This document shows positions 20,512 to 30,753 of a DNA stretch of 64,000 bases, one piece after another; position 1 is the first letter of the stretch; each line of letters starts with the position of its first letter. The position numbers and the translations under genes are program-made. Source of the stretch: an uncultured Gemmatimonadales bacterium (GTDB taxonomy: Bacteria; Gemmatimonadota; Gemmatimonadetes; Gemmatimonadales; GWC2-71-9); contig CAVOGR010000007.1 of NCBI GenBank assembly GCA_963695555.1, forward strand, positions 448,001 through 512,000, read 5' to 3'. The notes below the pieces were generated by a model. That model saw nothing but the letters and a program-made list of their open reading frames with translations. It did no database searches and was not told the origin of the DNA.

Positions 20512-21114
20512 ATGGCAATATCCGGAGGGGTCTGGGGTGGGGCAAGGCGAACGGTGTCCGTTGTCGCGCTGTGCGTGGGATGCAGGAGCCCCGCGCCCAC
20601 CCCGATCATAGCGCCCGCCGCGACGCCTCGGCAGCCGACTCGGGTGCTTCCACGGGACAGCGTGTTCGTGCTGGAGGCCTGGGGAGCATCCCCCAACGAC
20701 ACGGTGGTCACCGTGAGCGCACAGGCCGGCCGAGTCGTGATCCTCCGGCACGGGCCGCCCGACAACACCGTCTTCGCCCAATTGGCCGTGCCACCCGATT
20801 CGAGCGCCGGTGCTCGAGATTCGCTCACCCTCACGATTCGCCCGCGGCCAGGGCTCTATGGCGTCGATCTCGAATCGACTGGCCGGCTCGGCGCGGGCAC
20901 GACACTCACGTTCAAGTATCCGGTTCACTTCTCTCCACCGTTGGCCGCGCGCGATCGCTATTCGAGCCGCGCGGCGTTCGAGCGAGCATTGGGCATCGGC
21001 CGGGTGTCGGGCGACGGCCGCATCGTGCTCTTGCCGTCGACCCAGCCGGCGTCGGATAACCTGGAGGCGGAGATCCCCGGCCCAGGCCGGTATCTCGTCG
21101 CCGCCCCACGGTAG
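20512..21114 (+). CDS. Hypothetical lipoprotein (start uncertain)
   Basis: RRTVSVVALCVGC lipobox-like; lies directly upstream of the cyclase. Confidence 0.6.
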   Translation: MAISGGVWGGARRTVSVVALCVGCRSPAPTPIIAPAATPRQPTRVLPRDSVFVLEAWGASPNDTVVTVSAQAGRVVILRHGPPDNTVFAQLAVPPDSSAGARDSLTLTIRPRPGLYGVDLESTGRLGAGTTLTFKYPVHFSPPLAARDRYSSRAAFERALGIGRVSGDGRIVLLPSTQPASDNLEAEIPGPGRYLVAAPR

Positions 21115-21130
21115 CGGATCGACACCCAGT

Positions 21131-22741
21131 ATGCACTCTCCTCGAGCGCTTGCCCTCAACCTCAGCCGGGTGGACGGCACCGAGCGTTTCGATCTGGTCC
21201 CAGGCCGGACGTACGTGGTGGGCCGTGGCGCAACCAGTGACATCGCACTCTACGATCCCACGATTTCGCGCCGGCATGCGGAACTGTCCGTCGGGGACGA
21301 CAGCGTGATGGTGACCGACCTGGACAGCTCCAACGGCACGTTTCTCCGCGGCGAGCGGGTGGACCGGGCCGAACTCAGGCCAGGAGACTCGATCACCTTC
21401 GGTAAGGTGGCGTGCCAACTTCACGGCACGAAGGAATCAGGCGCCTCCCCGCCCGGCGCAGAGAGTGCGGTGCCGGGAGGCACCATCATTCGCCAGATAG
21501 CCGTCCAGGGTGCCGCACCCGGCCTGCCACCCGTGGAGGACCGTGGCGCCGGTCCGGGGCTTCTCCAGGCGGCTGCCGGAACCGACGAGGAACGGCTCGC
21601 GGTGAAGATGGCCATGCTGCTCGATATCTCGCAGAAGCTGGCGAGTGAATTCGAGCCAGCGCACTTGTTGGAGGCCGTGGTCGACATGACCTTCGCGATC
21701 ATGAACGTCGACCGTGTGTCCGTCCTGTTGCGGGACTCAACCACCGGGGCGCTCGTTCCCCGCGTGTCCAAGACCCGGCTCGGCAATGGAAGTGACCGGC
21801 TGGTGCCGCGCTCCATCGCGGACAAGGCGGTCCAGGAGCGCGTTGCCATCATGACGGACAACGCGGCGGCCGACACACGATTCCAAGGCCAGTCGGTGCT
21901 CATGCAAAGCGTGCGCAGCGCGATGTGCACGCCGCTCATGGCGAGCGCCGATGAGGTACTGGGGCTTCTGTATGTGGACAGCCTGACCGCCACGTCGGCC
22001 TTCAGCGATGAAGATCTCCAATTTCTGATCGGTTTCGGCGGCATTGCCGCCGCGACCCTGCACCGGTTGCGTGACGCCGATCGCACACGCCACGAGGCGC
22101 TGGTGCGCTCCAATTTCGAGCGCTATTTCGCCCCCAACGTGGCGGCCGAGATTGCGCGGCAACAAGAAGGGGCGCGGCCTGGTGGCGAGAAGCGCCCAGT
22201 CACGATCCTGTTCAGTGACATCCGCGGCTTCACGACGTTGTCCGAGGGGATGACCCCGGACGCCATCGCCCAGCTCCTCAGTGAGTATTTCACCGAGATG
22301 GTGGAGGTCATTTTCGAGCACGGCGGCACGCTCGACAAGTTCGTGGGGGACGCGATCTTGGCGCTCTGGGGGGCGCCGATTGCGCATCAGCACGACGCAG
22401 ACAGCGCGATGCGCGCCGCCATTGCCATGCAGCAGTCGATCACCGCGCTGAACACCAAGTGGGCCACCGAGGGCCGTCCGGCCATCGGGGTCGGCATCGG
22501 GATCAACTACGGGGAAGTCTTTGCCGGCAACATCGGAAGTCAGCGGCGCCTGGAGTACACCGTCATCGGCGATGCCGTCAATGTGGCGTCACGGCTCTGC
22601 ACCAAGGCGGGCGCCGGCGAGGTGCTTCTGACCGAGCCGTTCTATCAGCAGCTCACCACCGTGCCGACGGTCGAGCGCATCGACGCCATGCCGCTCAGGG
22701 GCCGGGCGCAACCAATCGCCATCTACCGCGTGAAACGATAG
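21131..22741 (+). CDS. FHA-GAF-class III adenylate cyclase
   Basis: FHA VGR..ISRRHA..DLDSSNGT; GAF SAMCTPL; cyclase FSDIRGFT, DKFVGDA, YTVIGDAVNVASRL. Confidence 0.92.
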   Translation: MHSPRALALNLSRVDGTERFDLVPGRTYVVGRGATSDIALYDPTISRRHAELSVGDDSVMVTDLDSSNGTFLRGERVDRAELRPGDSITFGKVACQLHGTKESGASPPGAESAVPGGTIIRQIAVQGAAPGLPPVEDRGAGPGLLQAAAGTDEERLAVKMAMLLDISQKLASEFEPAHLLEAVVDMTFAIMNVDRVSVLLRDSTTGALVPRVSKTRLGNGSDRLVPRSIADKAVQERVAIMTDNAAADTRFQGQSVLMQSVRSAMCTPLMASADEVLGLLYVDSLTATSAFSDEDLQFLIGFGGIAAATLHRLRDADRTRHEALVRSNFERYFAPNVAAEIARQQEGARPGGEKRPVTILFSDIRGFTTLSEGMTPDAIAQLLSEYFTEMVEVIFEHGGTLDKFVGDAILALWGAPIAHQHDADSAMRAAIAMQQSITALNTKWATEGRPAIGVGIGINYGEVFAGNIGSQRRLEYTVIGDAVNVASRLCTKAGAGEVLLTEPFYQQLTTVPTVERIDAMPLRGRAQPIAIYRVKR

Positions 22742-23295
22742 GGACGCCCCGCCCGGGCCAGCAGGTCCATCACCAATCGAAGCGGTAGGCCCATCACGCT
22801 GAAGAAGTCTCCCTCCACGCGCTCGACCAAGACCGCGCCATACCCCTGGATGCCGTAGGCCCCCGCCTTGTCCATCGGCTCCCCGGTCTCCACATAGGCC
22901 CGGAGCAGCGCTTCGTCGGCGGCACGAAAGGTCACGGCCGTCCGGTCGCATGCGGAGTACACTGTGCCATCGGCCTTGAGTGCGACCGCGGTCATCACCA
23001 CGTGCGTCTTCCCAGCGAGCTTCATGAGCATCGCCAGCGCCTCCGCCTCATCGCGCGGCTTCTCCAGCACCTCGTCGCCCAGCACCACGATGGTATCAGC
23101 GCCAAGTACGAGCGGTCCCGGCACGCTCGCCGCCTTTTCCTCGGCCAACCGCGTGGCATACTGTTCGGGAAGCTCTTCCGGCCGGCGTGACTCCTCGACC
23201 GGCGACGGCTGGACGCGCACCGGGATGCCCAACATTTCCAACAGCTGCCGGCGGCGCGGCGAGCGGCTGGCCAGCACCAGCTGCTCAGGGGTCAC
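22723..23295 (-). CDS. maf: Maf family nucleotide pyrophosphatase
   Basis: [29 protein letters not shown]. Confidence 0.95.
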   Translation of the reverse strand: MTPEQLVLASRSPRRRQLLEMLGIPVRVQPSPVEESRRPEELPEQYATRLAEEKAASVPGPLVLGADTIVVLGDEVLEKPRDEAEALAMLMKLAGKTHVVMTAVALKADGTVYSACDRTAVTFRAADEALLRAYVETGEPMDKAGAYGIQGYGAVLVERVEGDFFSVMGLPLRLVMDLLARAGRPYRFTR

Positions 23296-23735
23296 GGCGA
23301 GCGCTCGAGCACCAGGGTCACCGGCCCGTCATTGTGGATCTCCACGTCCATCATGGCGCCGAATTCTCCGGTTGCCACGGTGATGCCCCGCGTCCTCAAG
23401 GCCTGAACGAACTGTTCGTAGAGCGGAATGGCAACGTCGGGCCGGGCAGCGCGGATGAAGGACGGCCGTCTCCCCTTTTGCACGTCGCCATAGAGGGTGA
23501 ACTGAGACACCACGAGAATCTCTCCACCGACCTCGTCTAACGCCCGGTTCATCTTCCCCGCTTCATCGGCGAAGAGCCTGAGTCCGGCGACCTTATCGGC
23601 CATCCAGTCGACTTCACGATCGGTGTCGTCGTGCTCGAATCCAACGAGCAGGCAATAGCCCGGACCGACTGCTCCGGTTACGCGCCCGTCGATGGTCACC
23701 GAGGCACTGCGAACCCGCTGAAGGACTACGCGCAT
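23292..23735 (-). CDS. dtd: D-aminoacyl-tRNA deacylase
   Basis: [19 protein letters not shown]. Confidence 0.96.
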   Translation of the reverse strand: MRVVLQRVRSASVTIDGRVTGAVGPGYCLLVGFEHDDTDREVDWMADKVAGLRLFADEAGKMNRALDEVGGEILVVSQFTLYGDVQKGRRPSFIRAARPDVAIPLYEQFVQALRTRGITVATGEFGAMMDVEIHNDGPVTLVLERSP

Positions 23736-24991
23736 CACATCTCCCGCTTCGGACGGCGGCGGCCGATTGACTGGCTCAGCGTCCGGACCCCGGCAATCAA
23801 CCGGTCGACCTCGTCCTCAGTGGTGTAACACGCGCAGCCGGCTCGTACTACTCCCTCGGATCCGAGACCCAGGCGCCGGATGGCCGTCTGGGCGTAGAAA
23901 TCCCCGTGCGAGGTGAACACCGCTTGATCGGCCAGGGCGCGTGCCACCGCTTCCGCCGAGGCTCCGGCCAGGGTGAACGCCACGGTAGCGGTGCGAGGCA
24001 TGCCTGGAGGCGGCCCGTAGAGGGTCACCCCCTCGACGGCCTGGAGTCCCCGCCACAGCCGGCGTGCGAGCGCGTCTTCCCGCACTTCCAACTCAGTGAA
24101 CGCGCGGGCGAGCCGTTCGCGAGTCGTACCGTTGCCGTCATCGAGCGAGGCCAGCCAATCCACGGCGGCGGCCGCGCCGATGATACCCTCATGATTGAGC
24201 GTTCCGGTTTCAAATCGTTCCGGCGCCCGCTGCCCAGCCGGCTGGAGCCGGGGGGCATCGAGCCGGTCGAGCAGCTCGCGCCGGCCCCAGAGCACCCCGA
24301 TGTGGGGCCCGTGGAACTTGTACGCCGAGCACACGAAGAAGTCGGCGCCGACGGCAGTGACATCGGGGAGACGGTGCGGGGCGTAGTGGACCCCGTCGAC
24401 AAACACCAGCGCATCGACCGCGTGAGCCAGGTCCGCCGCACGGCGCACATCGTTGATGGTGCCCAGGGCGTTCGAAGCAGCGCCGATGGCGAGCAGGGCC
24501 GTCTTGCTCGTCAGGTGTCGCTCGAGATCATCCCAATCGAGCTGTCCGGTTTCGGCGACCATGCGAACCGTCCGCACCTCGACGTCATAGTCCTTGGTCA
24601 GCTCGTGCCAGGGGTCGACGTTGGCGTGGTGATCGAGTTCGGTCACCACGATGTCCGACCCCCCTGCAAATGATCGCGCCAAGGCCCGTGAGGCGTGCAG
24701 GGTCAGCGTGGTCATGTTGGCGCCGAACACGATCTCGTCGGAGCCACCGGCGAGAAAGTGGCCGAAGGTCTCGCGGGCCGCGGCGAGGGCACGGTCCGTT
24801 TCGGCGCTTGCTGGATAGGCCCAGTGAGTGTTGGCGTTATGGTGGTAGAGGTAATCCGCCATGGCCGCGGGAACCGCCCGGGGAACCTGCGTTCCGCCTG
24901 GGCCGTCGAAATACGCCACCGGCCGGCCCTGGTGCCGGCGCTCGAGCGCCGGGAAGTGACTGCGGATCTGGGACGGGGACGGGAGCGTCAT
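23735..24991 (-). CDS. Cysteine desulfurase-like class V aminotransferase
   Basis: [31 protein letters not shown]. Confidence 0.9.
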   Translation of the reverse strand: MTLPSPSQIRSHFPALERRHQGRPVAYFDGPGGTQVPRAVPAAMADYLYHHNANTHWAYPASAETDRALAAARETFGHFLAGGSDEIVFGANMTTLTLHASRALARSFAGGSDIVVTELDHHANVDPWHELTKDYDVEVRTVRMVAETGQLDWDDLERHLTSKTALLAIGAASNALGTINDVRRAADLAHAVDALVFVDGVHYAPHRLPDVTAVGADFFVCSAYKFHGPHIGVLWGRRELLDRLDAPRLQPAGQRAPERFETGTLNHEGIIGAAAAVDWLASLDDGNGTTRERLARAFTELEVREDALARRLWRGLQAVEGVTLYGPPPGMPRTATVAFTLAGASAEAVARALADQAVFTSHGDFYAQTAIRRLGLGSEGVVRAGCACYTTEDEVDRLIAGVRTLSQSIGRRRPKREM

Positions 24992-25087
24992 ACAGTACAC
25001 CGGCCGAAAGCGGTGGGGGACAGTGGCTTGAACGTCCGAAGATAACAGGAGACCCGGAAGACCGGCCGGGAGCGGGGCGTGGGGTAG

Positions 25088-25114
25088 AAAAAGCGCCCCG
25101 CTCACGCGGGGCGC
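25088..25114 (-). terminator. Rho-independent terminator after glmS
   Basis: Minus strand GCGCCCCGC-GTGA-GCGGGGCGC-TTTTT. Confidence 0.85.
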
Positions 25115-25146
25115 GAACAGGGCGGTGGCGGGGATCCTCTAGACTG

Positions 25147-26973
25147 CTACTCGACCGTGACCGACTTGGCGAGGTTTCGTGGTTGGTCCACGTTGCATCC
25201 CCGCCGAACCGCCACGTAGTACGCGAACAGCTGGAGCGGCAGGCTCGTCAGAATCGGGGTCAGGAGATCGAGCGTTTCGGGAATCGCGAAGGTCTTGTCC
25301 GCGAGTCGCTCGATCGCGTCGTCATCCGAGTTGATCAAGGCGATGACCCGCCCGCCCCGTGCCTTCACCTCTTCGATGTTGGACACGATCTTCGAGTGTA
25401 CCCCATCCTTCGGGGCGATGAAGATCACGGGCATGTTCTCGTCGATGAGCGCGATGGGTCCGTGCTTCATCTCCGCAGCCGGGTATCCCTCGGCATGAAT
25501 GTAGGAGATTTCCTTCAGCTTGAGCGCGCCCTCCAACGCGGCAGGGAAATTCACGCCCCGACCCAAGTAGAGCACGTTGTTCGAGCCGAGCAGTTCTTCC
25601 GCGAGACGTTCCACCTCCGGCGCGCGGTCGAGGATCTGCTGGATCTTATCCGGAAGCTCGCGCAGGGCCTGGATGAATTGCCGGCCCTGGAGAATGCTCA
25701 TGTCCTTTAGCCGCGCCAACCGCAACGTGAACAAGGCGAGGACGGCGAGCTGGCTGGTGAACGCCTTGGTGCTGGCGACACCGATTTCCGGTCCGGCGTG
25801 AAGGTAGGTCCCGCCCTCGACTTCCCGCGCAATGGTGGACCCGACCACGTTGACGAACCCCAGGGTTCTCGCGCCGCGAGCCTTGGCCTCACGAATGGCG
25901 GCGAGCGTATCGGCGGTCTCGCCCGACTGGGAGATGCCGATGACCAAGGTCCGCTCGTCGATGACGGGATTCCGGTAGCGGAATTCCGAAGCGTATTCCA
26001 CCTCGACCGGCACCCGGGCCAGCTCCTCGATCATGTATTCGCCGATCAGGCCGGCATGCCACGACGTGCCGCACGCCGTGATCACGATGCGGTCGATACC
26101 CTTCAGCTCATCGTCCGTGAGATTGAGCCCCAGGAGTCGCGCCGTGCCGTCCTCGTCCAACAGGTGGCCACGCAGCGTGTTCCGGAGGCTCTCGGGCTGC
26201 TCGAAGATCTCCTTCAACATGAAGTGCTCGAAACCGCCGCGCTCGATGGTGGCGAGATCCCATTCGATCTGACTCACCGGCTTCTCGATCTCCATGACGT
26301 CGAGGTCGCGCACGCGATAGCCGTCGCGCGTCAACACCACCATCTCTCCATCGTCGAGATACACTACCGACCGGGTGTGCTCGAGCAGCGGCGAGGCATC
26401 CGACGCCACGAACCACTCATCGGCGCCGACCCCCACGAGCAGGGGCGATCCTTTCCGGGCCGCGACCAACACGTCCGGCTGCGCGGCCGAGATCACCGCG
26501 ATCCCGTAGGCGCCGTCCACCTCACGGAGCGCGCTTGCGACGGCCTCTTCCAAGTCGCCATCGAACAAGGCACCAATGAGGTGCGCCAGCACCTCGGTAT
26601 CGGTATCCGACTTGAATGTATGACCGCGATTGGAGAGCGCGGTGCGGATGGCATTGGCGTTCTCGATGATCCCGTTATGGATCACCGCGATGGTGCCGGA
26701 TTGGTCGGTATGCGGATGCGCATTGACCTCGGTCGGCGCACCGTGAGTGGCCCAGCGCGTATGGGCGATGCCCACGGTGCCCTTCGGGAGTTTACCCGCG
26801 AGTGCCTTCTCGAGATTCGACAGCTTGCCGGCGGTCTTGGTGATCTCGAGGCCGCCCCCATTGAGGAGCGCGATCCCAGCCGAATCGTAGCCGCGGTACT
26901 CGAGGCGCCGGAGACCATCCAACAGCAGGTGACCCGCCTGGCGGGGGCCGATGTATCCCACGATGCCACACAT
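25147..26973 (-). CDS. glmS: Glutamine-fructose-6-phosphate aminotransferase
   Basis: MCGIVGY, HTRWATHG, PRNLAKSVTVE. Confidence 0.98.
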   Translation of the reverse strand: MCGIVGYIGPRQAGHLLLDGLRRLEYRGYDSAGIALLNGGGLEITKTAGKLSNLEKALAGKLPKGTVGIAHTRWATHGAPTEVNAHPHTDQSGTIAVIHNGIIENANAIRTALSNRGHTFKSDTDTEVLAHLIGALFDGDLEEAVASALREVDGAYGIAVISAAQPDVLVAARKGSPLLVGVGADEWFVASDASPLLEHTRSVVYLDDGEMVVLTRDGYRVRDLDVMEIEKPVSQIEWDLATIERGGFEHFMLKEIFEQPESLRNTLRGHLLDEDGTARLLGLNLTDDELKGIDRIVITACGTSWHAGLIGEYMIEELARVPVEVEYASEFRYRNPVIDERTLVIGISQSGETADTLAAIREAKARGARTLGFVNVVGSTIAREVEGGTYLHAGPEIGVASTKAFTSQLAVLALFTLRLARLKDMSILQGRQFIQALRELPDKIQQILDRAPEVERLAEELLGSNNVLYLGRGVNFPAALEGALKLKEISYIHAEGYPAAEMKHGPIALIDENMPVIFIAPKDGVHSKIVSNIEEVKARGGRVIALINSDDDAIERLADKTFAIPETLDLLTPILTSLPLQLFAYYVAVRRGCNVDQPRNLAKSVTVE

Positions 26974-26985
26974 ACGGAGTACTCC

Positions 26986-28356
26986 CTACTGCAGAATCTC
27001 GCGGCAGGCCGCGACCAGGTTGTCCGCCTCAGCCCGGGTTGGGGCCTCGGCGATGATCCGCACGATCGGCTCGGTGCCGCTGGGCCGGAGATGAAGCCAC
27101 CGGTCGGACCAGGCCAGCCGGAGCCCGTCACGTCGGTCAGGTGTTGCGTCCGCGAATCGGTCGCTCAGCGCCCCATAGGCTGGCTCCAGGTCCGATCCCC
27201 GCGGAAGCTTCGACTTCACGATGTGGTAGCGGGGCGCGGCCTCCACCAACGACGAAACCGTAGCGCCTTGCCGCGCAAGCAGATGCAATATCAGGGCCAC
27301 CCCAACCGGCGCATCCCGGCCCACGTGGAGGCTCGGCAGGATCACCCCACCGTTGCCCTCCCCGCCAATCTCGGCTTGTTCCTCCACAATTGCCCGGGCC
27401 ACGTTGGCCTCCCCGACCGGGGCCCTCACCATCCGGGCTCCGGTGGCCCGAGCCGCGTCCTCCACCACGAGGCTGGTCGACAGGTTGGCCACCACCACCC
27501 GACGATTGGAGACGTCCGGCGGGGCCGGTGACCCGAAGACGGACCGGACCGCGAAGGCGAGCGTGTAGTCCTCACCGATGGCGTGCCCTTGCTCGTCAAC
27601 CAGGGCAAGCCGGTCCACGTCCGGGTCGACCGCGAAACCGAGGTCTGCATTTGTCTCGGCGACTAACCGCTCCAGGTCGCCCAGGTGCTCCGGCACGGGC
27701 TCCGGCGGTCGCGGGAACAGACCATCGGTCTCCAGATTGATTCCCATGACGGTGCATCCGAGCCGCTCCAGCAGTGCTGGAATGGCGGTGCCGCCCGCCC
27801 CGCGAACACAGTCGAGCGCTACCGTGAAGCTGCGCTTCCGGATGGCCGGCACGTCGAGGTGAGGAAGCTGGAGCACCGCCTCGAGGTGACGCTCGACCGC
27901 GCCGTTGTCCGAGACGACCTGGCCGATTCGATCCCAGCCCACCCGCTCGGGTCCCTGATCGGCCAACCGCCGAACCTGCGCACCCGCTTCCTCGTCGAGA
28001 AACATGCCGTCCGGCCCCACGAACTTGAGGGCGTTCCACTCGATTGGGTTGTGACTCGCGGTCAGGATGAGACCGGCCCCGGCGTGGTGATGCTCGACGG
28101 CCAGCTGCACGGTTGGAGTGGGAACCAGTCCGACATCGAGAACTTGGACGCCGACCGACATGAGTCCAGCCGTGGCCGCCCGGGCAAACATGGGACCGCT
28201 GGTGCGGGCATCCCGGCCCAGGACCACTCGAGGTGTCCCCCTTGCCCCGGCCCAGGCCCCCAGGGCCGCCGCATATCTGGCCACGAGTTCGGGGGTCAGG
28301 TCGACTCCGACGAGCCCACGCATGCCGGATACGCTGACGATCAGGGTCTGGGACAT
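26986..28356 (-). CDS. glmM: Phosphoglucosamine mutase / phosphomannomutase family
   Basis: TASHNP, DPDVDR, GGEGNGG, RPSGTEP; adjacent to glmS. Confidence 0.88.
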   Translation of the reverse strand: MSQTLIVSVSGMRGLVGVDLTPELVARYAAALGAWAGARGTPRVVLGRDARTSGPMFARAATAGLMSVGVQVLDVGLVPTPTVQLAVEHHHAGAGLILTASHNPIEWNALKFVGPDGMFLDEEAGAQVRRLADQGPERVGWDRIGQVVSDNGAVERHLEAVLQLPHLDVPAIRKRSFTVALDCVRGAGGTAIPALLERLGCTVMGINLETDGLFPRPPEPVPEHLGDLERLVAETNADLGFAVDPDVDRLALVDEQGHAIGEDYTLAFAVRSVFGSPAPPDVSNRRVVVANLSTSLVVEDAARATGARMVRAPVGEANVARAIVEEQAEIGGEGNGGVILPSLHVGRDAPVGVALILHLLARQGATVSSLVEAAPRYHIVKSKLPRGSDLEPAYGALSDRFADATPDRRDGLRLAWSDRWLHLRPSGTEPIVRIIAEAPTRAEADNLVAACREILQ

Positions 28357-28388
28357 GTCGGACGGACTCCCAACGGGGAAAGGAGAGG

Positions 28389-28456
28389 AATCTAAGGGGT
28401 ACGAGGCTCGCGCTTCAACGCAAAACTTGCCGCAAGCTTTTGCAGACCATTACGTT
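28389..28456. promoter_or_regulatory. Back-to-back putative sigma70 promoters (glmM on -, cystathionine enzyme on +)
   Basis: Minus TTGAAG-N18-TAGATT (28418-28389); plus TTGCCG-N18-TACGTT (28427-28456). Confidence 0.5.
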
Positions 28457-28482
28457 CCATGACCTGCGGAATCGGCGGATCA

Positions 28483-29664
28483 ATGACCAGAATATTACCG
28501 AAAGACCGGAACTACGAGTTCGATACCCGGACAGTCCACGCCGGCCAGGAGCCCGATCCTCTGGCCGGGGCGGTCATGCCCCCGATTTACCAGACTTCGA
28601 CCTACGTCCAGGAAGGCCTGGGGCGGCATAAGGGCTACGAGTACGCCCGGACCCAGAACCCCACCCGGGAGGCCCTGGAGCGGAACATTGCCAGCCTCGA
28701 GGGCGGAACGCACGGCCTGGCCTTTGCCTCCGGGCTCGCGGCACTGGACGCTACGCTCAAGCTGTTGAAGGCCGGCGATCACGTCGTCTCGGGGCAGAAC
28801 ATCTACGGCGGAAGCCACCGCCTCATGGAACAGATCTACACGGGACTGGGGCTCACGTTCTCGTTCGTCGACATGCGCGACATCGCGAACGTGGAACGCG
28901 CCCTCACGGCCCGAACCCGAATGATCTTCTGTGAGACGCCCACCAATCCCATGATGCACCTCACGGACCTGAGCGCCCTGGGGGATCTCGCCCAATCGCG
29001 GGGGCACCTCCTGGTGGTGGACAACACGTTTGCCTCGCCGTATTTCCAGCGTCCGCTCACGAGCGGAGCCGACCTCGTGTTGCACAGCACCACCAAGTAT
29101 CTCAATGGGCACAGCGACATGGTCGGCGGACTCCTAGTGACATCCCGTGACGACGTGGCCGAGCGGCTCGGGTTCATCCAGAACGCAGCCGGAGCGGTGC
29201 CGGGACCACTGGACTGCTGGCTCGCCCTTCGGGGCCTCAAGACGCTGTCGCTCCGCATGGAGCGGCATGACGCGAACGGGCGCCACGTGGCGGAGTGGCT
29301 AAGCCATCAATCGGACGTGACCCAGGTGTACTATCCCGGCCTCCCGTCCCATCCACAGCACGACCTGGCAAAGCGGCAGATGTCCGGATTCGGAGGAATG
29401 ATCTCGTTCGACCTGGGCGACGCGCCGCGTGCCCGGCGCTTCGCGGAGAGCACCACGGTGTTTAGCCTGGCCGAGTCGCTGGGCGGTGTCGAGAGCCTCA
29501 TTGGCCATCCGGCTTCGATGACTCACGCCTCGGTCCCGCGCGCACTCCGGGAGAGTTTCGGGCTGACCGACAGCCTGCTCCGGCTGAGCTGCGGCATCGA
29601 GGACCCGCGCGACCTCATCAACGATTTGAGCCACGCGCTGGCGGCCACTCGGAAGGCGGCTTAG
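28483..29664 (+). CDS. Cystathionine gamma-synthase/lyase (Cys/Met PLP enzyme)
   Basis: YARTQNPT, ETPTNP, DNTF, HSTTKYLNGHSD, AESLGGVESL. Confidence 0.93.
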   Translation: MTRILPKDRNYEFDTRTVHAGQEPDPLAGAVMPPIYQTSTYVQEGLGRHKGYEYARTQNPTREALERNIASLEGGTHGLAFASGLAALDATLKLLKAGDHVVSGQNIYGGSHRLMEQIYTGLGLTFSFVDMRDIANVERALTARTRMIFCETPTNPMMHLTDLSALGDLAQSRGHLLVVDNTFASPYFQRPLTSGADLVLHSTTKYLNGHSDMVGGLLVTSRDDVAERLGFIQNAAGAVPGPLDCWLALRGLKTLSLRMERHDANGRHVAEWLSHQSDVTQVYYPGLPSHPQHDLAKRQMSGFGGMISFDLGDAPRARRFAESTTVFSLAESLGGVESLIGHPASMTHASVPRALRESFGLTDSLLRLSCGIEDPRDLINDLSHALAATRKAA

Positions 29665-29682
29665 CGTGGAACTGTCTCATTC

Positions 29683-29708
29683 TGAAACCTGTGACCCATC
29701 CGGCCGTA
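29683..29708 (+). promoter_or_regulatory. SigW-type ECF promoter TGAAAC-N16-CGTA
   Basis: Matches the B. subtilis SigW consensus; 31 nt upstream of the M48 ATG. Confidence 0.65.
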
Positions 29709-29739
29709 GGGGCCGGTAACCCCTTCCCGAGAACTCCTC

Positions 29740-30753
29740 ATGTCCAACCCACCCGCCATTCGGACGCGGAAAGCCTTCCCCGAAATCTCGGCCGTCAGCT
29801 GGGAGCACCCGGCCGATCGGGCCGCGCTGCAGACGCTTCGTGCTGTCCCGGGATTCGACGACATCGTCCGGAAGATCATCGGCATTCTCGGTGGTGAGCG
29901 CGGCATCCGGCTCCTCTTCCAAGGCAATGCCGTGCGGGCCGGCACCAACCAGTTCCCCCGGGTGTACGCGACGCATGTCGAAGTCGCGGCGACATTCGGC
30001 TGGCCCACGGTGCCCGAGCTGTACGTGTCGCAAACACCGGTCTTCAACGCCGGCGCGTTCGGCGTCGACGATCCGTTCATCGTGATGCACTCGGCCGCGC
30101 TCGAGATGCTGGATGACGACGAACTCCGTGTCCTGATCGCCCACGAGATGGGACATGTGGTGAGCGGCCACGCGCTCTACCGGACCATCGCCGAGATCAT
30201 CTTGGCCGTGAGCTTCTCGGCGCTGCCCATCCTCGCCGGGATTGCCCTCCTGCCCATCCGGCTCGCGATTCTCGAATGGCACCGGAAGTCCGAGCTGTCG
30301 AGCGACCGGGCAGGCCTGCTCGGGAGCCAGGACATCCTCGCCTCGCAGCGGCTGTTCATGAAGATGGCGGGCGGCACCCGGGGCCAGATCCGCCAAGGGG
30401 AGATGGACCTGAACGCGTTCATGGCGCAGGCCAACGAGTATCGAACCCAAAACGAGGGATTCGACTTCCTCTACAAGATTCTGAACACCCTCGCGCTGAC
30501 CCACCCGATGAATACCGTTCGCGCCGCCGAGCTCCAGCAGTGGGTCGTGGGTGGTGAGTACGACCGCATTCTTCGCGGCGAGTACACCCGCCGCGGGACC
30601 GAAGCGAAGGATCGGTCGTTGAAGGACGATCTCTCCGCGGCCGGGAGTCACTACGCCGACGAGGCGCGGGACGCGGCCTCCCAAGTGGTCGATGCCGCGA
30701 GACGCGCCGCGGACAAGGTGCGAGAGGCCTTCCGCAAAGCCCGCAACACGTGA
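29740..30753 (+). CDS. M48 family zinc metallopeptidase
   Basis: NAGAFG, AHEMGH, ELSSDRAG, THP. Confidence 0.92.
   Translation: MSNPPAIRTRKAFPEISAVSWEHPADRAALQTLRAVPGFDDIVRKIIGILGGERGIRLLFQGNAVRAGTNQFPRVYATHVEVAATFGWPTVPELYVSQTPVFNAGAFGVDDPFIVMHSAALEMLDDDELRVLIAHEMGHVVSGHALYRTIAEIILAVSFSALPILAGIALLPIRLAILEWHRKSELSSDRAGLLGSQDILASQRLFMKMAGGTRGQIRQGEMDLNAFMAQANEYRTQNEGFDFLYKILNTLALTHPMNTVRAAELQQWVVGGEYDRILRGEYTRRGTEAKDRSLKDDLSAAGSHYADEARDAASQVVDAARRAADKVREAFRKARNT

Noticed and set aside
20509..21243. N-terminal extensions of ORF-track entries (18487-21243, 20810-22741, 7077-8297)
   Set aside because: They overlap other genes or the tRNA; better starts with signal peptides or RBS lie downstream.
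26974..26985. glmS ribozyme
   Set aside because: Only 12 nt separate glmM and glmS, so there is no room.
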